Assembly (NCBI GenBank): GCA_034780895.1
Contig: JAUZTB010000070.1
Coordinates: 23,124,717-23,188,716, forward strand
Direction of reading: 5' to 3'
DNA: 64,000 bases
From: Rhynchobatus australiae
Lineage: Eukaryota
Part shown: one piece after another, positions 37,506 to 51,450 of the stretch
Position numbering within the stretch: the stretch's first letter is position 1
How the letters are laid out: every line of letters begins with the position of its first letter
Notes under the pieces: model-generated
Seen by the model: the letters and a program-made list of their open reading frames with translations, nothing else
Database searches by the model: none
Told to the model about the DNA's origin: nothing
Translations under genes and position numbers: made by a program

Positions 37506-40500
37506 GTTGTATGCTCCACACTTGGAAAATTTCCCTTAAAAAAATACATACAGGGCTGAAGAAAATTGAATTGTAGTCAAAATATTTTACTACCTGCTTC
37601 CTTCAAATTCCCCGTTATTCATTCAGCAAGGCTAATCACTGAAATCAATAAAGTATACATTTCCCTTGAACGTGATGACAGAGTTGGGACTGTGCATAAA
37701 AGGATCAGCAGCTCTTCACTAATTCTTAATCCTGTTGCTATATGGATAATTTCAATACTTAAAACCAAGTTCAATTTCATAGATCAGACTTGCAACATGA
37801 TTTGAGCAACATCATAAGAACATGCAAGTCATTTATATTGCTTTCATTTGGCCATCACTCCTTAGTATTCACAAAAATATTTCTTTAAGATCAATATGTT
37901 CAAAGTCACTTCATCAATTAAGTATTTTATGCCTGCCTCTCTTCCAACTACTTGTTGATCTACAACTTCTCTCTTCAATCTTGCAACATTATTATATCCT
38001 ACCCCCTTTGCCAGCTCCACACTCCTCCAAAAGCCTCTAACTTTGCTTTAATAACTTCCACCTATCTACTCCTACCCCCACTGTTTTCCTTCAGCCCTTC
38101 CCTCTACAGGCTTCCAGTGTTAGACATCTCTCAGTCCTCCTTCAATTATTGCTTGCCATTTTACTCTGCCTGTATTTAATGTTGGCTGTGTACAAAACCA
38201 CAGGAAACTAACTGGTATATTGAAAGCATAAAATGCAATGTCATTGAAACATCCTGCAAGTACAATTCAATAATTAATGCATAAAGAAATATATACCATG
38301 CAGTTCCAAGTCATTTTAAATACCTTCAGTGCTTAAAATAATTCCCTTACAAAGGCAATGCTTTAAGCACGGACATTCCTACAAGTAATTGCTTTTCATT
38401 TAATGAAGAAAACCGGCTATTCAATGATCTTTAGTGTCCGTCTAGGCCTGAAGTAAATCTTAAAATAGAACTGTAAATGCTTAATGAGGTGGCTGTTCTC
38501 CAAATGCATTAATGATCAATAAGGCACATTATATATTCTATGACCTTGCACAACAAATTTTAAAAAAGATTATGATGTATTTACCAATACATTTAGATCG
38601 ATGTAAAATGAAATAGTCCATAAGAAGTTCAAAAATTAATTTTCACCCAGATTGCCAATCCTGATTAAAAAAAACTGATAAATTCTGCAATAATTGGTGG
38701 CTGTATTGATGCTTCCTTCTTGATGTCTGAGGTTAAAATTAATATACATTGGATCAATCATGAAGCAATGTTATGTAAATAACTGCATCAACCTCTTCAA
38801 TGCTAAACAGTAAAGACATCATTACATAAATAGAGCAAGAGAAGGTCTCTGATAAAAGGATGATTCAGAGCTAGACTATGCAGAAAATGTTTGTTCACCC
38901 AAAAGGGGTGCCAGTAGTACGGAGTATTCTACCACAAGCTGATGCAAGCTCACATAAAGATTGAAATCTCAGGCTGATTCCTTTTTATAGCCAAGGGAAA
39001 TGGAACCGACATCAATTACTTTTCTAGTTCTGATAATCTGGAACACTAAGTATGTTTGTTTCTACAGATGCTGCCAGACTTGCTGAACGTTTCTTCTATT
39101 TTCTGTTTGTATGCCATATAAAATTGGAACTGATCTTTGAGAATGTGAGAGCTGAATTTGTCAACCTTTAATAAAGTTTGGAGTTTGTTGCAACACATTT
39201 GGTACATGGATAGAAAAGCTTTAGAGAGATATGGGCCAAATGTAGGCATATGGGACTAGCTCGGATAGACATCTTGGACTAGCTTGGATGACTTAGGCCG
39301 AAAGGCTTGTTTCTGTGCTGTATAATTCCATGACATTTTTGATAATCAGTCATTTCACTATTGCATTTTAAACTCTGGACGGAGAATTTCGATGATATCT
39401 TTGTTATTTGTAAAAGGAAGAAAGGTGGAGCAGAAGAATCCCAAAGAACTTTACCTGCACCAGTCATGGGCTGCAACCACATGACACCGTAGGCTCTTGT
39501 AATTTCATGAGTTTCAGGAATGGAGAATGTTTTCTACTCCATCAAAGTACAGATGATCAAGAGCTCAGGATTATATCCAATTCCCAAGGAAATAGGAACG
39601 ACAGTTTTATTTTAAAATTATGCTCTATGCCCAAAGAAGGCAGACAGCAACATTAACTTCCAGAATTTTAAGACTGATCCTTTCAACCCTGACTTACAAT
39701 GCATCAGAATATCTATAGAAACCTAGCTAGGCACATGCACTCATAAGGTTTATTACTGAATAATTTATACAATTTAAAGTAGTGCTTTACATCAGTGTAT
39801 GCTTCATGATCTCACTTTGCTAGATGCTGGAAAAATTGACCATCTTAAGAGATATAACTGCAAAGTTAGAAGATGACAAGCAAACCTATTTATGAGGACA
39901 TTAAAACATCAAATAAGAGAAAAACAGCAGGTTCAACATTAATGAGCCTTTCATATACAGTAAATATCAGATGAGGTTAATACAATAACAACATCAAATT
40001 AAAAACTGCTGTCTGTATCCTAACACACACCAAGCCTCTTTGCTGGAGGACCTAAATTGTATCATGGGAGTGGATAAAATCAGGGGAAATCACCTTGATT
40101 TTACATTCTCATTCTTGCTTTCAATTTCTCATGGGTGTTCTCTCTGCCCTCTTTTTAAAAAAAAACTACCCACAATACTACAATTACCACTAACTCTACA
40201 CCTACCACCAGTGGTCTCCTTGCCAAGCAATCACTGTGTTCCTCTAATTCCANNNNNNNNNNNNNNNNNNNNNNNNNNNNNNNNNNNNNNNNNNNNNNNN
40301 NNNNNNNNNNNNNNNNNNNNNNNNNNNNNNNNNNNNNNNNNNNNNNNNNNNNCACTGTGTTCCTCTAATTCCAATGTCTTGAACATTTTGATGATTTTTT
40401 TTTAAATCATTCCTCAAATGGCAGCCATGCCTTCAGCTACCTAAGTTCTCTGCTCTTTCGATACCTCCCCAAATCTTTCCAACTCTCTTCTCTTCTCCCC

Positions 40501-41689
40501 CTTTAACCAGTTTCTAAATACATATTGTTTTCATCTGGTTTGTGGCCACCTGAATGCTTTTATTCCAAATTTTGTTAGATAAATGCCCCTGTGAAAACGT
40601 GGTGCATTTAACTGTGTTAAAAGTGCTTTATCTGATTAATTATGCACGATGCAGTAAAATAAACCACTGGCATCCACAGTAGTTGAGCTATTGAAGAGCA
40701 ACACTCAGATTTGCTATTATCATATTTAACATTATTCCACTGTTTACCAACACATAGAGGTTATTATAAAATTAAATATTGCAAAAGTGCACAGTGACAC
40801 ATCTAATGTCTTCCAGGCCACTTGCTGCCACTGTAAGTTTTAAGCTTAACCTTACGCTTCTTCTTATAAATAATACATAGCTCTCATGGTAAGAAAATTC
40901 CCTGCAGTACTAAGCAGGTTATCCCCCTTTCCCCGTACTTAAAACTTCTGGTTTAAGATACCTATACGACTTCCTACAAATATCGTAAAGCAATTTGCCA
41001 ATTGACAGCAAGGTCCCATGACATAATCCAATTTAGACTGGAAGCTAGCTGTGCATACACCATGAACTCCTCCNNNNNNNNNNAATGCTCATCCTAGAAA
41101 TTATGCCATCATGTTCAAGACAAGATATCTGATGAATTTTATGTAAAATTATCAAGCTGTGTTTAGCCTTCCAGATTTTTTCCAAAGGACAAACAGTTGC
41201 TTTGAAACTGAAAAAAAAGTTAGACATCAACTGCCTGACACAATATAACGAGACATGTGGACTAGCAAAACAACTGACAAAAACAGCAACCATCAAATGG
41301 TTATTTTGCCATATCTTTATTAGACTCCAATAAAGGAGTACCCACTTAAGTCTGAGGTGAGGAGAAATTTGTAGATAATGTGTTTCAAGTTGTATTAATT
41401 GATTAGCTTGCTAAGTACTTCCAATATGTTAATAAATTCAAATGGAACAGAAAATGTTATATTAACTTCCTAATTTACAGATCTAAAATACTTGAACCAT
41501 ATCATGGTCATATACCTTTCTGTCCCAAAAACCCTCTTGCACTAAAATACACATGAAAGCTGGTCTTCCATTGGGAGTCATGATTTCTGCATCTTGGGAA
41601 GGTAAACAAAACTAGAGCATACATAATAAATGGTATGACTGTATGAAGTACAGAGGATTTGGAGTGATGGTCACAAATCACTGAAGTTA

Positions 41690-42250
41690 GCTGGACAGGT
41701 AACTCGGCATCCATATTTCTTGCCTTTATTGGACAAAGCATGGAATACAAGATGTAAAGCTGCATAAAATATTAGTTGGGCCACAGTTGCAGCCTGTTTA
41801 AAGTTCTGATCACCACATTACAAGGATAAGACAACATTAATGAAGATTTACAAGGAGATTGCCAGGATTGGAGAATTATAACGAGGATAGGGTGATTATT
41901 TTCGGGAAAACTAAACTGATAGAGACTTCATTGAAATGTTTTAAATTATGAGAGGCAGAGTGATTAATAACTAGGTGGTGTATATTTAACTTAACTGATG
42001 GATAGATTAAAAGAAAGTTATTAAAAAAATATTTCACGTGAATGGTGGAGATCTGAAATTCAATGTCTGAAAGGATGGCGGAGGAAGCACAATCCTTCAC
42101 CACATTTAAAAAGTATTTGAGCACTTGAAGCACCATAATCTGATGGCTAAGGACAAAAAACAGAGGATAAAGTCCATTTCTAGTCATCTTTGATAACAAT
42201 GAGCTGAATTGTTTCCTTCCATGCCATACATTTCTATGATTCATAGGTTT
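41690..42250 (+). mobile_element. Old CR1 3' fragment
   Basis: gaagatttacaaggagattgccaggattggag and cacatttaaaaagtatttga remnants. Confidence 0.55.
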
Positions 42251-45200
42251 TATTTTTATTTTGAAAATATTTCTTGAAGTTGTTCTAAGAAAACAGTATT
42301 CCCCAACAGCCAATGATAGACTTTTGATGCAGAGAGCATAATGGGAACCCTACCACCTGCAGGTTCCCCAACAAGTTATACACTATCCTGACTTGGAACC
42401 ATATCACCTTTCCTTTATCATCATTGGGTCAAAACATTCTACCCAACAACACTGGAAGTGCATTATAGAAGGACCACAACGGTTCAAATAGACAGCTCAC
42501 CATTATCTTCTCAAAGGAAATTAGTAATGAACAATAAATACTGGCTTTGTCAGCAGCATCTACATCCCTTAAAGTGATAAATGAAAATAAAATATCAGAT
42601 ATATCTACAGAGGTCATTATTTTTGGAGTATATTTAAGAACATGTTACCATCCACCATCTGTACTATATTATTTGCTCACCAGGACCTGGGTATTCTGCC
42701 AATATATAAACTCATTTATGACTATGAAATCTACCAAACATACTTTATATTTGTCATCCTGATTTCTAAAAAACTCTGTAGAAATAAGTTACCGTATCTT
42801 GAATTTTCAAGAATGATCTTAAAAGTATAAGAAAAATATTTCATTAGCCAGTTATTCCCTTAAGAACTGCAAACCATGCATACATGTGTTCAAATTGCTT
42901 TACCAAATTTCTGATAAAGATTTAAAATATAATATAACCTATATGCAGTTGAATANNNNNNNNNNNNNNNNNNNNNNNNNNNNNNNNNNNNNNNNNNNNN
43001 NNNNNNNNNNNNNNNNNNNNNNNNNNNNNNNNNNNNNNNNNNNNNNNNNNNNNNNAACCTATATGCAGTTGAATAGATTTCAATCCTTCAATGATGTGTT
43101 TTCTGCTGGGGCCAATTTAAACCCTGCTGCTTGTTGCAACACTTCACAGAATGATAACATCACATGGTGGGTATCATGGTGTACTTTTGGTGTTTGACCA
43201 ATCATTTTGTACAGCTGCAAATCTATCAACTAAATATAGTTTACGCTTAGTCATATAACAAAGTGGTTTACATCGACGCATTGAAAATGGTGGATATGAA
43301 CACATCTTGTATTTTACATCAATGGGAATTATAATTAAAGTGAAACAGTTTGCACTAAGAACAGTACTGTCATTTACTATAATTTCCTCACCATTTATTT
43401 TTGTGGTCCTTCATAATACCAAGTCCAGCTACTTGAAATTACAGGAATTGGTGAGTTGGGAGAACATGTAAATAGATGATAAATTTAAAAGTCAAATTAA
43501 ATTTGCTTAAATCTGCTTAAATTTAAAAGTTGAAGGAACACTTCTGGTGCTATTAGTGACTATCTGTTAAAATAGAAACTTGATTACCATATGTACTCTA
43601 CTAATTCTGTACTAGTTATTGCAAAAAGGTCAGCAGAGCCATCTACTGGATAAACCAGGTAATTATTACCACGTAATACTCATCTCCTGCTACATTACAA
43701 TTGTAATATTGATGGTTTTATTGACCTGACTAGGGTACCCTGATATAAAGTAAAACAATTAAATAAAAACAAAGTCATACAACTTTCCAGGGAATATAGT
43801 TTTGTCTCACTCTGGAGTTAGAACATCCCATGATTCCAAATTTCTAATTCAGCTTTAGAACTTCAGTACTGGTATGCAAAGTGACCACTTGGCTTTGACA
43901 ATACAATCCTTGGGTAAATACAACTACAGATTATTTCAGATTTAGGAATGCATTTTTTTTCCAACTTAGCCCATTAAGAAACGTTCTGCCAAGGAAAGTG
44001 TAACGCGTCCAACCAACTCAGCAGTAACCTTGATAGCTTTTAAGTTTAAAGACGTTAATACTGAGGTGTACAAGTCCAATGCACAAAGAGGTGCAGGAAG
44101 GCCCCTATTTCCTGGTCAACACATCTCACTCAACTAATGCAACCAACAAGCATGAATTATCAATTTGGAACATTTCTGTTTCCAACAACACCATTGGTCA
44201 TCTATTGCAGTTAACGGTGCTGACAACATAAACATTACTTCTACTGACCATTAANNNNNNNNNNNNNNNNNNNNNNNNNNNNNNNNNNNNNNNNNNNNNN
44301 NNNNNNNNNNNNNNNNNNNNNNNNNNNNNNNNNNNNNNNNNNNNNNNNNNNNNNNNNNNNNNNNNNNNNNNNNNNNNNNNNNNNNNNNNNNNNNNNNNNN
44401 NNNNNNNNNNNNNNNNNNNNNNNNNNNNNNNNNNNNNNNNNNNNNNNNNNNNNNNNNNNNNNNNNNNNNNNNNNNNNNNNNNNNNNNNNNNNNNNNNNNN
44501 NNNNNNNNNNNNNNNNNNNNNNNNNNNNNNNNNNNNNNNNNNNNNNNNNNNNNNNNNNNNNNNNNNNNNNNNNNNNNNNNNNNNNNNNNNNNNNNNNNNN
44601 NNNNNNNNACTAGTTGTTGAGTCAAGTAAATCAGTTGTTTGAAGCCATCCATGTTTTCCATGATTATTGTTTAAAAATCAGGAAAATATTATGAAATTTA
44701 AGAAGTCAAAAAATGATTGCACAAACTAAAATGACTGCTTTTCTTCTACAACCATGAATTTAACCCCTCTGGATCTCAGTATCGATTAGGACATGTCAGA
44801 GTGGAGTAGCCTTTGTGTTGTTAGAGAATGTAGAGACATGGAACTGAGTGTCATCAACACACACATAGAATTTGTAACTAATCTTTCAGGTGATGTTAAG
44901 AGGGAGCATCTGGATTCTGAACATGATGAGATTAAGGTTGAAGCCCAGAGTACACCAGTAATGACTCTGGAATAAAGGAGTAAAAAAAATAGAAGTCAAT
45001 GCAGAAAATCCTAGCTTATCACTGCAACTAATGGAAAAAGAGGGGGAAAATGGCTGCTACAAAAAAAATACATTAAATTCTTCCTACTTTTCAAATATCT
45101 GTATTACTTAAAAAAAGAGAATTGGAGGCTAGTGTCAGGTGTCAATCAGGTTCAAGCTCAATGTGTTTTTTCCCCCCATTCTTCCTCTAAACTGATCAGA

Positions 45201-45993
45201 AGGGCACAAGAAAATGCAGAGTTTTTAAAAAATAGTTAATGTTAACATACAAGTGTTCAGTTGGTTTATCAAATTTCTATGCCTTCTACCATTTTGGAGC
45301 AGCTAAAACCTCAAACAAGCAAAGAATCCGATTTGAATGCATTACGTATCCGTATCAATCTCAATCTGTGATATTCATTACACAACTTCCAGGACAAGAA
45401 AATTTTCAGGTTGGGTAAAGATCATCTTCAATTTATCACAGTTGTGTCTGTATTTCACTCCAGCTGAGCTCTTAAGGACATAATATTCTTCATAAACTTA
45501 AGATATTGAAGCAGATTTTCTATCCATACACACTACTTGTCAAGCAATGCTTGCAATTTATTCATCAATAGTTGAAAAGGATCAAAAGTGAACAAAGATC
45601 TATGGGGGCCATTTCTTATTTATCACAGACCCTCAAAATATTTTCCCTGAGAAGAGAGGTCTAGTTGCATAGTCAATTCCATTCTAGTCAGAGAGTCTAT
45701 TGCTGCGCTCTTTTTCTCCCTTAGCTTATTGGAAACATGCAAGAATTGGAACAATTCATTGTATTCACAAAGCATTTTTGCTCACCATTTTGCCAATGTT
45801 CTATCAAGTCAAGTTGAGTCGAATTTACTGACATGTGGACAAGTACGGTGAAGTACAGGTACAATGAAAAACTTGCTTATAGCAGCATCAGAGGCACATA
45901 GGTACAGACGACACATAGAATATAAATTATACAATTCAGTGGAGAGAGAAAACAAAATACTGTGTAAAAAGACCTCAGTGCAAAACTGCTTAC

Positions 45994-46127
45994 CTGTTAA
46001 TCACATGTGCTGTGCAATTTTCCATGCGTCCCATACACTCCAGTGCTGCCACATAAGAGTCCAAATTGGGCTTCAATCCTGCTTCCTCCACTAGCCTGAA
46101 AAGATTGCGAATCTGATCTAATGAACC
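45994..46127 (-). CDS. POLRMT: POLRMT exon 4 (134 nt): GSLDQIRNLFRLVEEAGLKPNLDSYVAALECMGRMENCTAHVIN(R), PPR-like
   Basis: tttgtag acceptor, AG|GTAAGC donor; resembles human AGLTPDLLSYAAALQCMGR. Confidence 0.95.
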
Positions 46128-46689
46128 CTACAAAGATACCATTTGAGGTTATTTCCCAATATTAATCTTTTCTAACTACCTAATCATCTTCCATAAACAA
46201 GTAAAATGCTTTAGAATATTAGCAAAATAAAAGAATGATTAGTGGAATTAAGACAATTACAAAATGCTAAACAAGTAACAGTAGAAAATGGGAAAGAAAC
46301 TCAAATATATTTGTTTTGAAAAAGTGAAAGCAATAAATTTACCAGCACTGCTAAGGATCTCCGAAATGCTGAAATATGTTTTGGGAAGTGGGTTGCCAAG
46401 CTGTCATTGAGACCAACAATAATTCTGCAGTTTCAAATCACGTTTACTAAATGCTAGAAACAACATTAATTAGATCAGCTCAATAAAAATGTTGCAGTTT
46501 TCTAAAATTTTGTGCTCAAGTGAAGGGAAGTTGGCATTAAAAAAAAACAATATTTCCTCGTAAGCCAGAAGGGCAAGATTGACTTGATTGAAGTTTTTGA
46601 GATAATATGTGGAGGTGATAGGTGAGATGCTGATAAATTATTTCCACAGTCTGCACAGACAATAACCATGGGTTATAGTTCGAACATAG

Positions 46690-47550
46690 GAAGGAGGGCA
46701 CAAGGAGTTTATCAAAAGATATAAATGGATTAAGTGAATGTACAAGAATGTGGAAGATGGATAAGCAATGGTTAGTATTTAAGAAAATAATGAATGTCAA
46801 TAATAGGAAAAATTATGGAATTATATAAAGCCTTGGTGAGACCACACCCGTATTATATAGTGATGGTCTCCTTACCTTAAAAAAAGGATATACATGTCAT
46901 TGAGGTAACAGTAAAAGATTCACCAGAGCTGGCTCCAGGAATGGCAGGTTTACCACATAAAGAGAGTTGTCCACTAGCCCTGTATTCTCTAGAGTTTAAA
47001 AGAATGAAACTTACAAAATTCTTACAGGGCTCGAGAAGCTGAATGCATTCAGGATGTTTCCCCGGCTATGGAGGCCAGACAAGAGAACAGTAAGAATAAT
47101 GGGTAGACCACCTAGGACTGAGCTGAAGAGAGATTTCTTTACACAGAGGATGTGAATCTTTGAAATTCTCTACTCCAGAGGGCTCTGGAGGATCAGTTTT
47201 GGAGTTCATTGAAAATGGAGATGGATNNNNNNNNNNNNNNNNNNNNNNNNNNNNNNNNNNNNNNNNNNNNNNNNNNNNNNNCAGCCATGATCCTGATCAA
47301 AGGTATAGAATGCTCAAAGGGCCAAATAACCTACTTCTGTTCCTATTTCTTATATTATTACAATGCAGAGAAATGGTAAGTTATTCAATTTGGTAGGAAA
47401 AATTGAAAAACAGCACATTGTTTAAATGGAAAAGGTCTTAGAATGCTACTGTACAGAGGAATATGACTATCCTGTACTGAAACCACAAGGTTAGCATGTA
47501 GGGAAATTAGAAAGGCAAATGCAATGTTGCTTTTATTCCAAATGGGATGC
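46690..47550 (+). mobile_element. Rearranged CR1 fragments
   Basis: tataaagccttggtgagaccacac, aagattcaccagag, cagccatgatc...aagggccaaataacctact tail. Confidence 0.7.
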
Positions 47551-48016
47551 AGCATATAAGATTAAGGCACAAACTCGTTGAAAGGGGAACAGGTTCAAAC
47601 CTCAGAATACACACCTTCCTATGTGCTTAAATACAAAAGAATTTTACCAACTAGTTATTCTTAACTAAAGAAACAGAGTTCTTCCAAGGAAGAAATGTGA
47701 AAAATGGAAAAATGCTCCAGAAGCTATTATGTGGCCTCTGGTAGCAAAACTAATGAATGCAATCTTAGGATACTTTGACTGTGACCACTAAAGCTTGGGT
47801 TGCGGTTAACAAATTATAATTCACGTACAAAGTCTCCAAATTTTGTGGAGGTCTGCCATTTACTTGTAAAATTATTCTGGTTTCATGAGAAACTAATTCA
47901 CAGAGCACTGCTTCAATAATTTGAAGTCAATAAAAATAAAGGAAAAAAAGGAACCTAGGAACAGTGTTTCAGAGTACATGTTGTGCTGTGCACACAGTAA
48001 TTATAAATCTACTAAC

Positions 48017-48795
48017 CTTTTTAGCCCACATGTGCATTAAAGTACTGTAAATCTTAATATTTAACTGCTTCCGGCGAGTAAGAATCCGGTGATTGAACAT
48101 GACACACTGATGAGCTCTGTCCAAGTCATTGTTAAATGTGCAGGCCTCAATATAGGATAATATACTCCGTTGGGTGTCACCGTATTTATTTCCCTCATCA
48201 TCTTCAAGTAGCTTGGCTGTAGGGTCCCAGTTATTGAGATGTTGTTCAAGATTTTCCACTTCAGCAAGAATAGCTTCCAGAGAAGTACAAGCCTCTGCGT
48301 CTGCATTACCTGCTTGTGAAGTATCTAACGCAGAAGATTTAGCTCTCTGTGCTGCAGAAATCTTTGTGGAACTGCCTTTTGAAGTACTTTTTCTGCCAGG
48401 ATTGATAGACTTAGCGTTGTGTACATCTTTATTCTTGGAATATGGAGAAGATTCTTTTGCTTTTTTCGCAATACTAAGCTGTCTTTTGGTTTTGTTATGT
48501 TTTTCTTTATCTAATTTTTCTATCCATTTTTTGGGAGCAAAGGTAGATTTTGGACATATTTTTTCTACACAACTTTTTTTACCCGGCTGCTTTTCAGCTG
48601 TTCTTTCCTTTCTGAGTGCTGCTGTATCTGGGTCAAGGGATTTGTCAAACTCTCTGGCCGGCAGAAAAGTGAGATTCTTTGACCCAGTGTGATTTTCCAG
48701 ATGAGTTATATTTATTCTGTTCACAAATTGTATATCTGTACATTTCATTTCAGTCACATTATCGGCCTGAAGTTGTTGCATTCTTGCTTCAAGTA
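48017..48795 (-). CDS. POLRMT: POLRMT exon 3 (779 nt): LEARMQQLQAD...Lys-rich linker...LNIKIYSTLMHMWAKK
   Basis: Within ORF 47969..48802; acceptor gccag, donor AAG|GTTAGT; ends in a PPR-like motif. Confidence 0.93.
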
Positions 48796-49741
48796 CTGGC
48801 ATTTGGAGTAGAAATAAGGAAATGTAACAAATTGATTAGAAACTGTCATCAAATAATTCAGATCTGTACAAAGAAAAACCAGGTTTTTACAATGGTTGAC
48901 ATATTTGAAAAGGATTCCTACTGATATGAGATACCAACTGATGAGGTTATCTGATATGGATATTATTTTGGCAATGTTACAAAGCTACATATCACAATTC
49001 TTGGGCTTGCTAATCTAAAAATACCATGAACTGCACACATTGTTGCATTTGATACCACAGCTCCACAGAGCAAGAATTGAAAATTTAACACACATTTTAA
49101 TTCTATCACTGCTGTGCACAAGGATCGAAAACCAGTAAAATGAGAGGAAGAACAGGAGGTCAGCTTCCCAAAGAGGGTAAAGCAAGAGGCATGGCAGAAG
49201 AGGCCAAGAACAAGAAAGAATCAAATACATTGGAGATCTGAAGTAGCATGGCTGAGTAAAACTGGCCATGGAGATGAATATTCTTTGAAATGGGATAAAG
49301 TTCAACACAGCACAATAATGCGCCAACAAAACTCAATTTTAAAATCCTCCGAATTTACAGTAAATAAACTTTAGTTACGATAAAGCGTTGCAAGTTGCGT
49401 GATTGCAATATACATGATTCAGACCACTGGCAGCATAGTGTTTTTAAGGAAGATCTAGACCTTACGTTAAAATAATTTACTTACAAAAATGACAGAAGAG
49501 TTAATACTTTGGTATGGATACNNNNNNNNNNNNNNNNNNNNNNNNNNNNNNNNNNNNNNNNNNNNNNNNNNNNNNNNNNNNNNNNNNNNNNNNNNNNNNN
49601 NNNNNNNNNNNNNNNNNNNNNATGGATACAGGCAGAGTACCATAAAAAAAAGTTGCTCCCAGCAATCCAGAACTTAAAATACATTATTAATTACTACTCA
49701 ATTTCCCCACACCCCGATTCAATTTCCTCCCATCATCTTAC

Positions 49742-49840
49742 CCTCTAACAGATGAGCCCTCTCACAGGTTTGATTCTTTCCATCATCCTTCTTAAGTATA
49801 ACAGAAGAGTAATTTCTTCTGAAGAAATCCCAAGGATGCT
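49742..49840 (-). CDS. POLRMT: POLRMT exon 2 (99 nt, phase 1-1): (E)HPWDFFRRNYSSVILKKDDGKNQTCERAHLLE(V)
   Basis: Acceptor ttccag, donor GAGG|GTAAGA; joins exon 3 to give HLLEVLEAR, like vertebrate ELLEVLQAR. Confidence 0.88.
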
Positions 49841-51224
49841 CTGGAAGATCAAGTGGAAATATTCAGTTACACTGAGCATGATATATTCAACCGTAACTAT
49901 CTGCCATATTTTCTTCGGTTCAGAACATTATAGAACATATACAATAACAATGAATATCTCATTTGTGATAGTGATTCAGTATTTGTCTATTAAGTTATTT
50001 AAATGATTAAATTATGAAGAGATGTGTCTGCAATATTCACCAGTAAGGTGACTATTTATACAAGTGTTATTTTCACTATTAATAGTAATATTTGTCTGAT
50101 AAATCTTATTATCCTCACTTTGTGATTTAATGCTGTATTTCACTTGCTACGTGTTTGCTAAGATGGCAATCAGATCATGGACATTGATACCAATAATGTA
50201 GTTATTGCACACTAATAATGTAGTTAGGACATTCTGTGCCAGGCACAAGGGTGAGTCCAATTTAAAATGTAATTACAGGAGATATTCACAAAGCATTGAA
50301 TGTCTTTGAAAATAAAATCCTTGTTTCCAATAAGAACTTAGCAATGGAAATACAGTATGTATAAATTATGATCAATTCAGCAAATGAATTTCAACTATTA
50401 ATACACACAATAAGAAAACAATAGTTTTTTTTGCCCATATAATTCATCTTCACAGTAGATGGCTCTAAAGCATTTTACAATGATCCAAGAATGTGAAAGG
50501 CACTGCATAAATTCAACCAAGTTCATTCCTTTGGTAATACGGTGCCAGCAGCGTAATGGAAATATTCATTGGCAGGACAGCACAACGTTTTGTGACAGAT
50601 CCTCCAAAGCCAATGCAGCAGTTACAACCATGTTATAGTTATAACTGCCAGTACTTACTGGCTTATCTAGTTGGAAGCTCATACTCCATAATGCTCAGAG
50701 CTCCTGTACCAATTTGAGTCCTCATCGCAATCCAAGCTCTTTACATCCTTTAACACAGGCAGTGCCAACCTGGAGAACAGGAGGCTTGCAAATGCCGAGA
50801 TTTTGCTCATTCCTGGTGTGTTTGGGGCCAATCTGAGAAACATCATGTTATCACTAGTTTATAGCGAAGGATTCAGCCTTCCACAATAGATCCATACAAA
50901 CCAATTCAGTTGGCTGTTTATCCTGATGTGCAGGGTCAAACAGAAACAATGGGCAGTATATCTGTTTACTTGATTCCATCAAAGTTTCTCACAGAAAATA
51001 ACCACCTGGACATTTCAGACTTTTGAGAAATGCAAGTCTGACAACACACACAGGCAGGACTGGGANNNNNNNNNNACTGGGATTTGAGCATAGGATTTAT
51101 TGATATGGCATCCATAGATACAGAGCAGACCTATCTCCAAGCACTCTGATTTCCACCCTTGATGGTTTGGTGCTGTTATCTGAAACCAAGTAAACATCAC
51201 CTTCAGCAAGAGGAAGGCACAAGT

Positions 51225-51450
51225 CAGGATCAGATTTATTACCACTGACTTATATGACGTGGAAATTGTTGTTTTGTGGCAGCAGTACAATACAAAGACA
51301 TAACATTACTATAAATTACAAAAACAAATAATGCAAAGAAAGGAAATAATGGGGCAGTGTTTGTGGGTTGTTGGACTGTTCAGAAATCTGATGGCAGAGG
51401 GGAAGAAGCTGTTTCTGACTTGTTAAGTGTGGGTCTTCAGGCTCCTGATA
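51225..51450 (-). mobile_element. Rex1/Babar-like LINE 3' end
   Basis: Reverse of ctgaagacccacac...aaacagcttcttcccctctgccatcagatttctgaac, with aataaatctgatcctga tail. Confidence 0.65.

Noticed and set aside
48174-48692. 172-aa plus-strand ORF and other antisense ORFs over exons (9777, 11059, 18896, 45864)
   Set aside because: Antisense shadows of POLRMT exons or chance frames with no recognisable homology.
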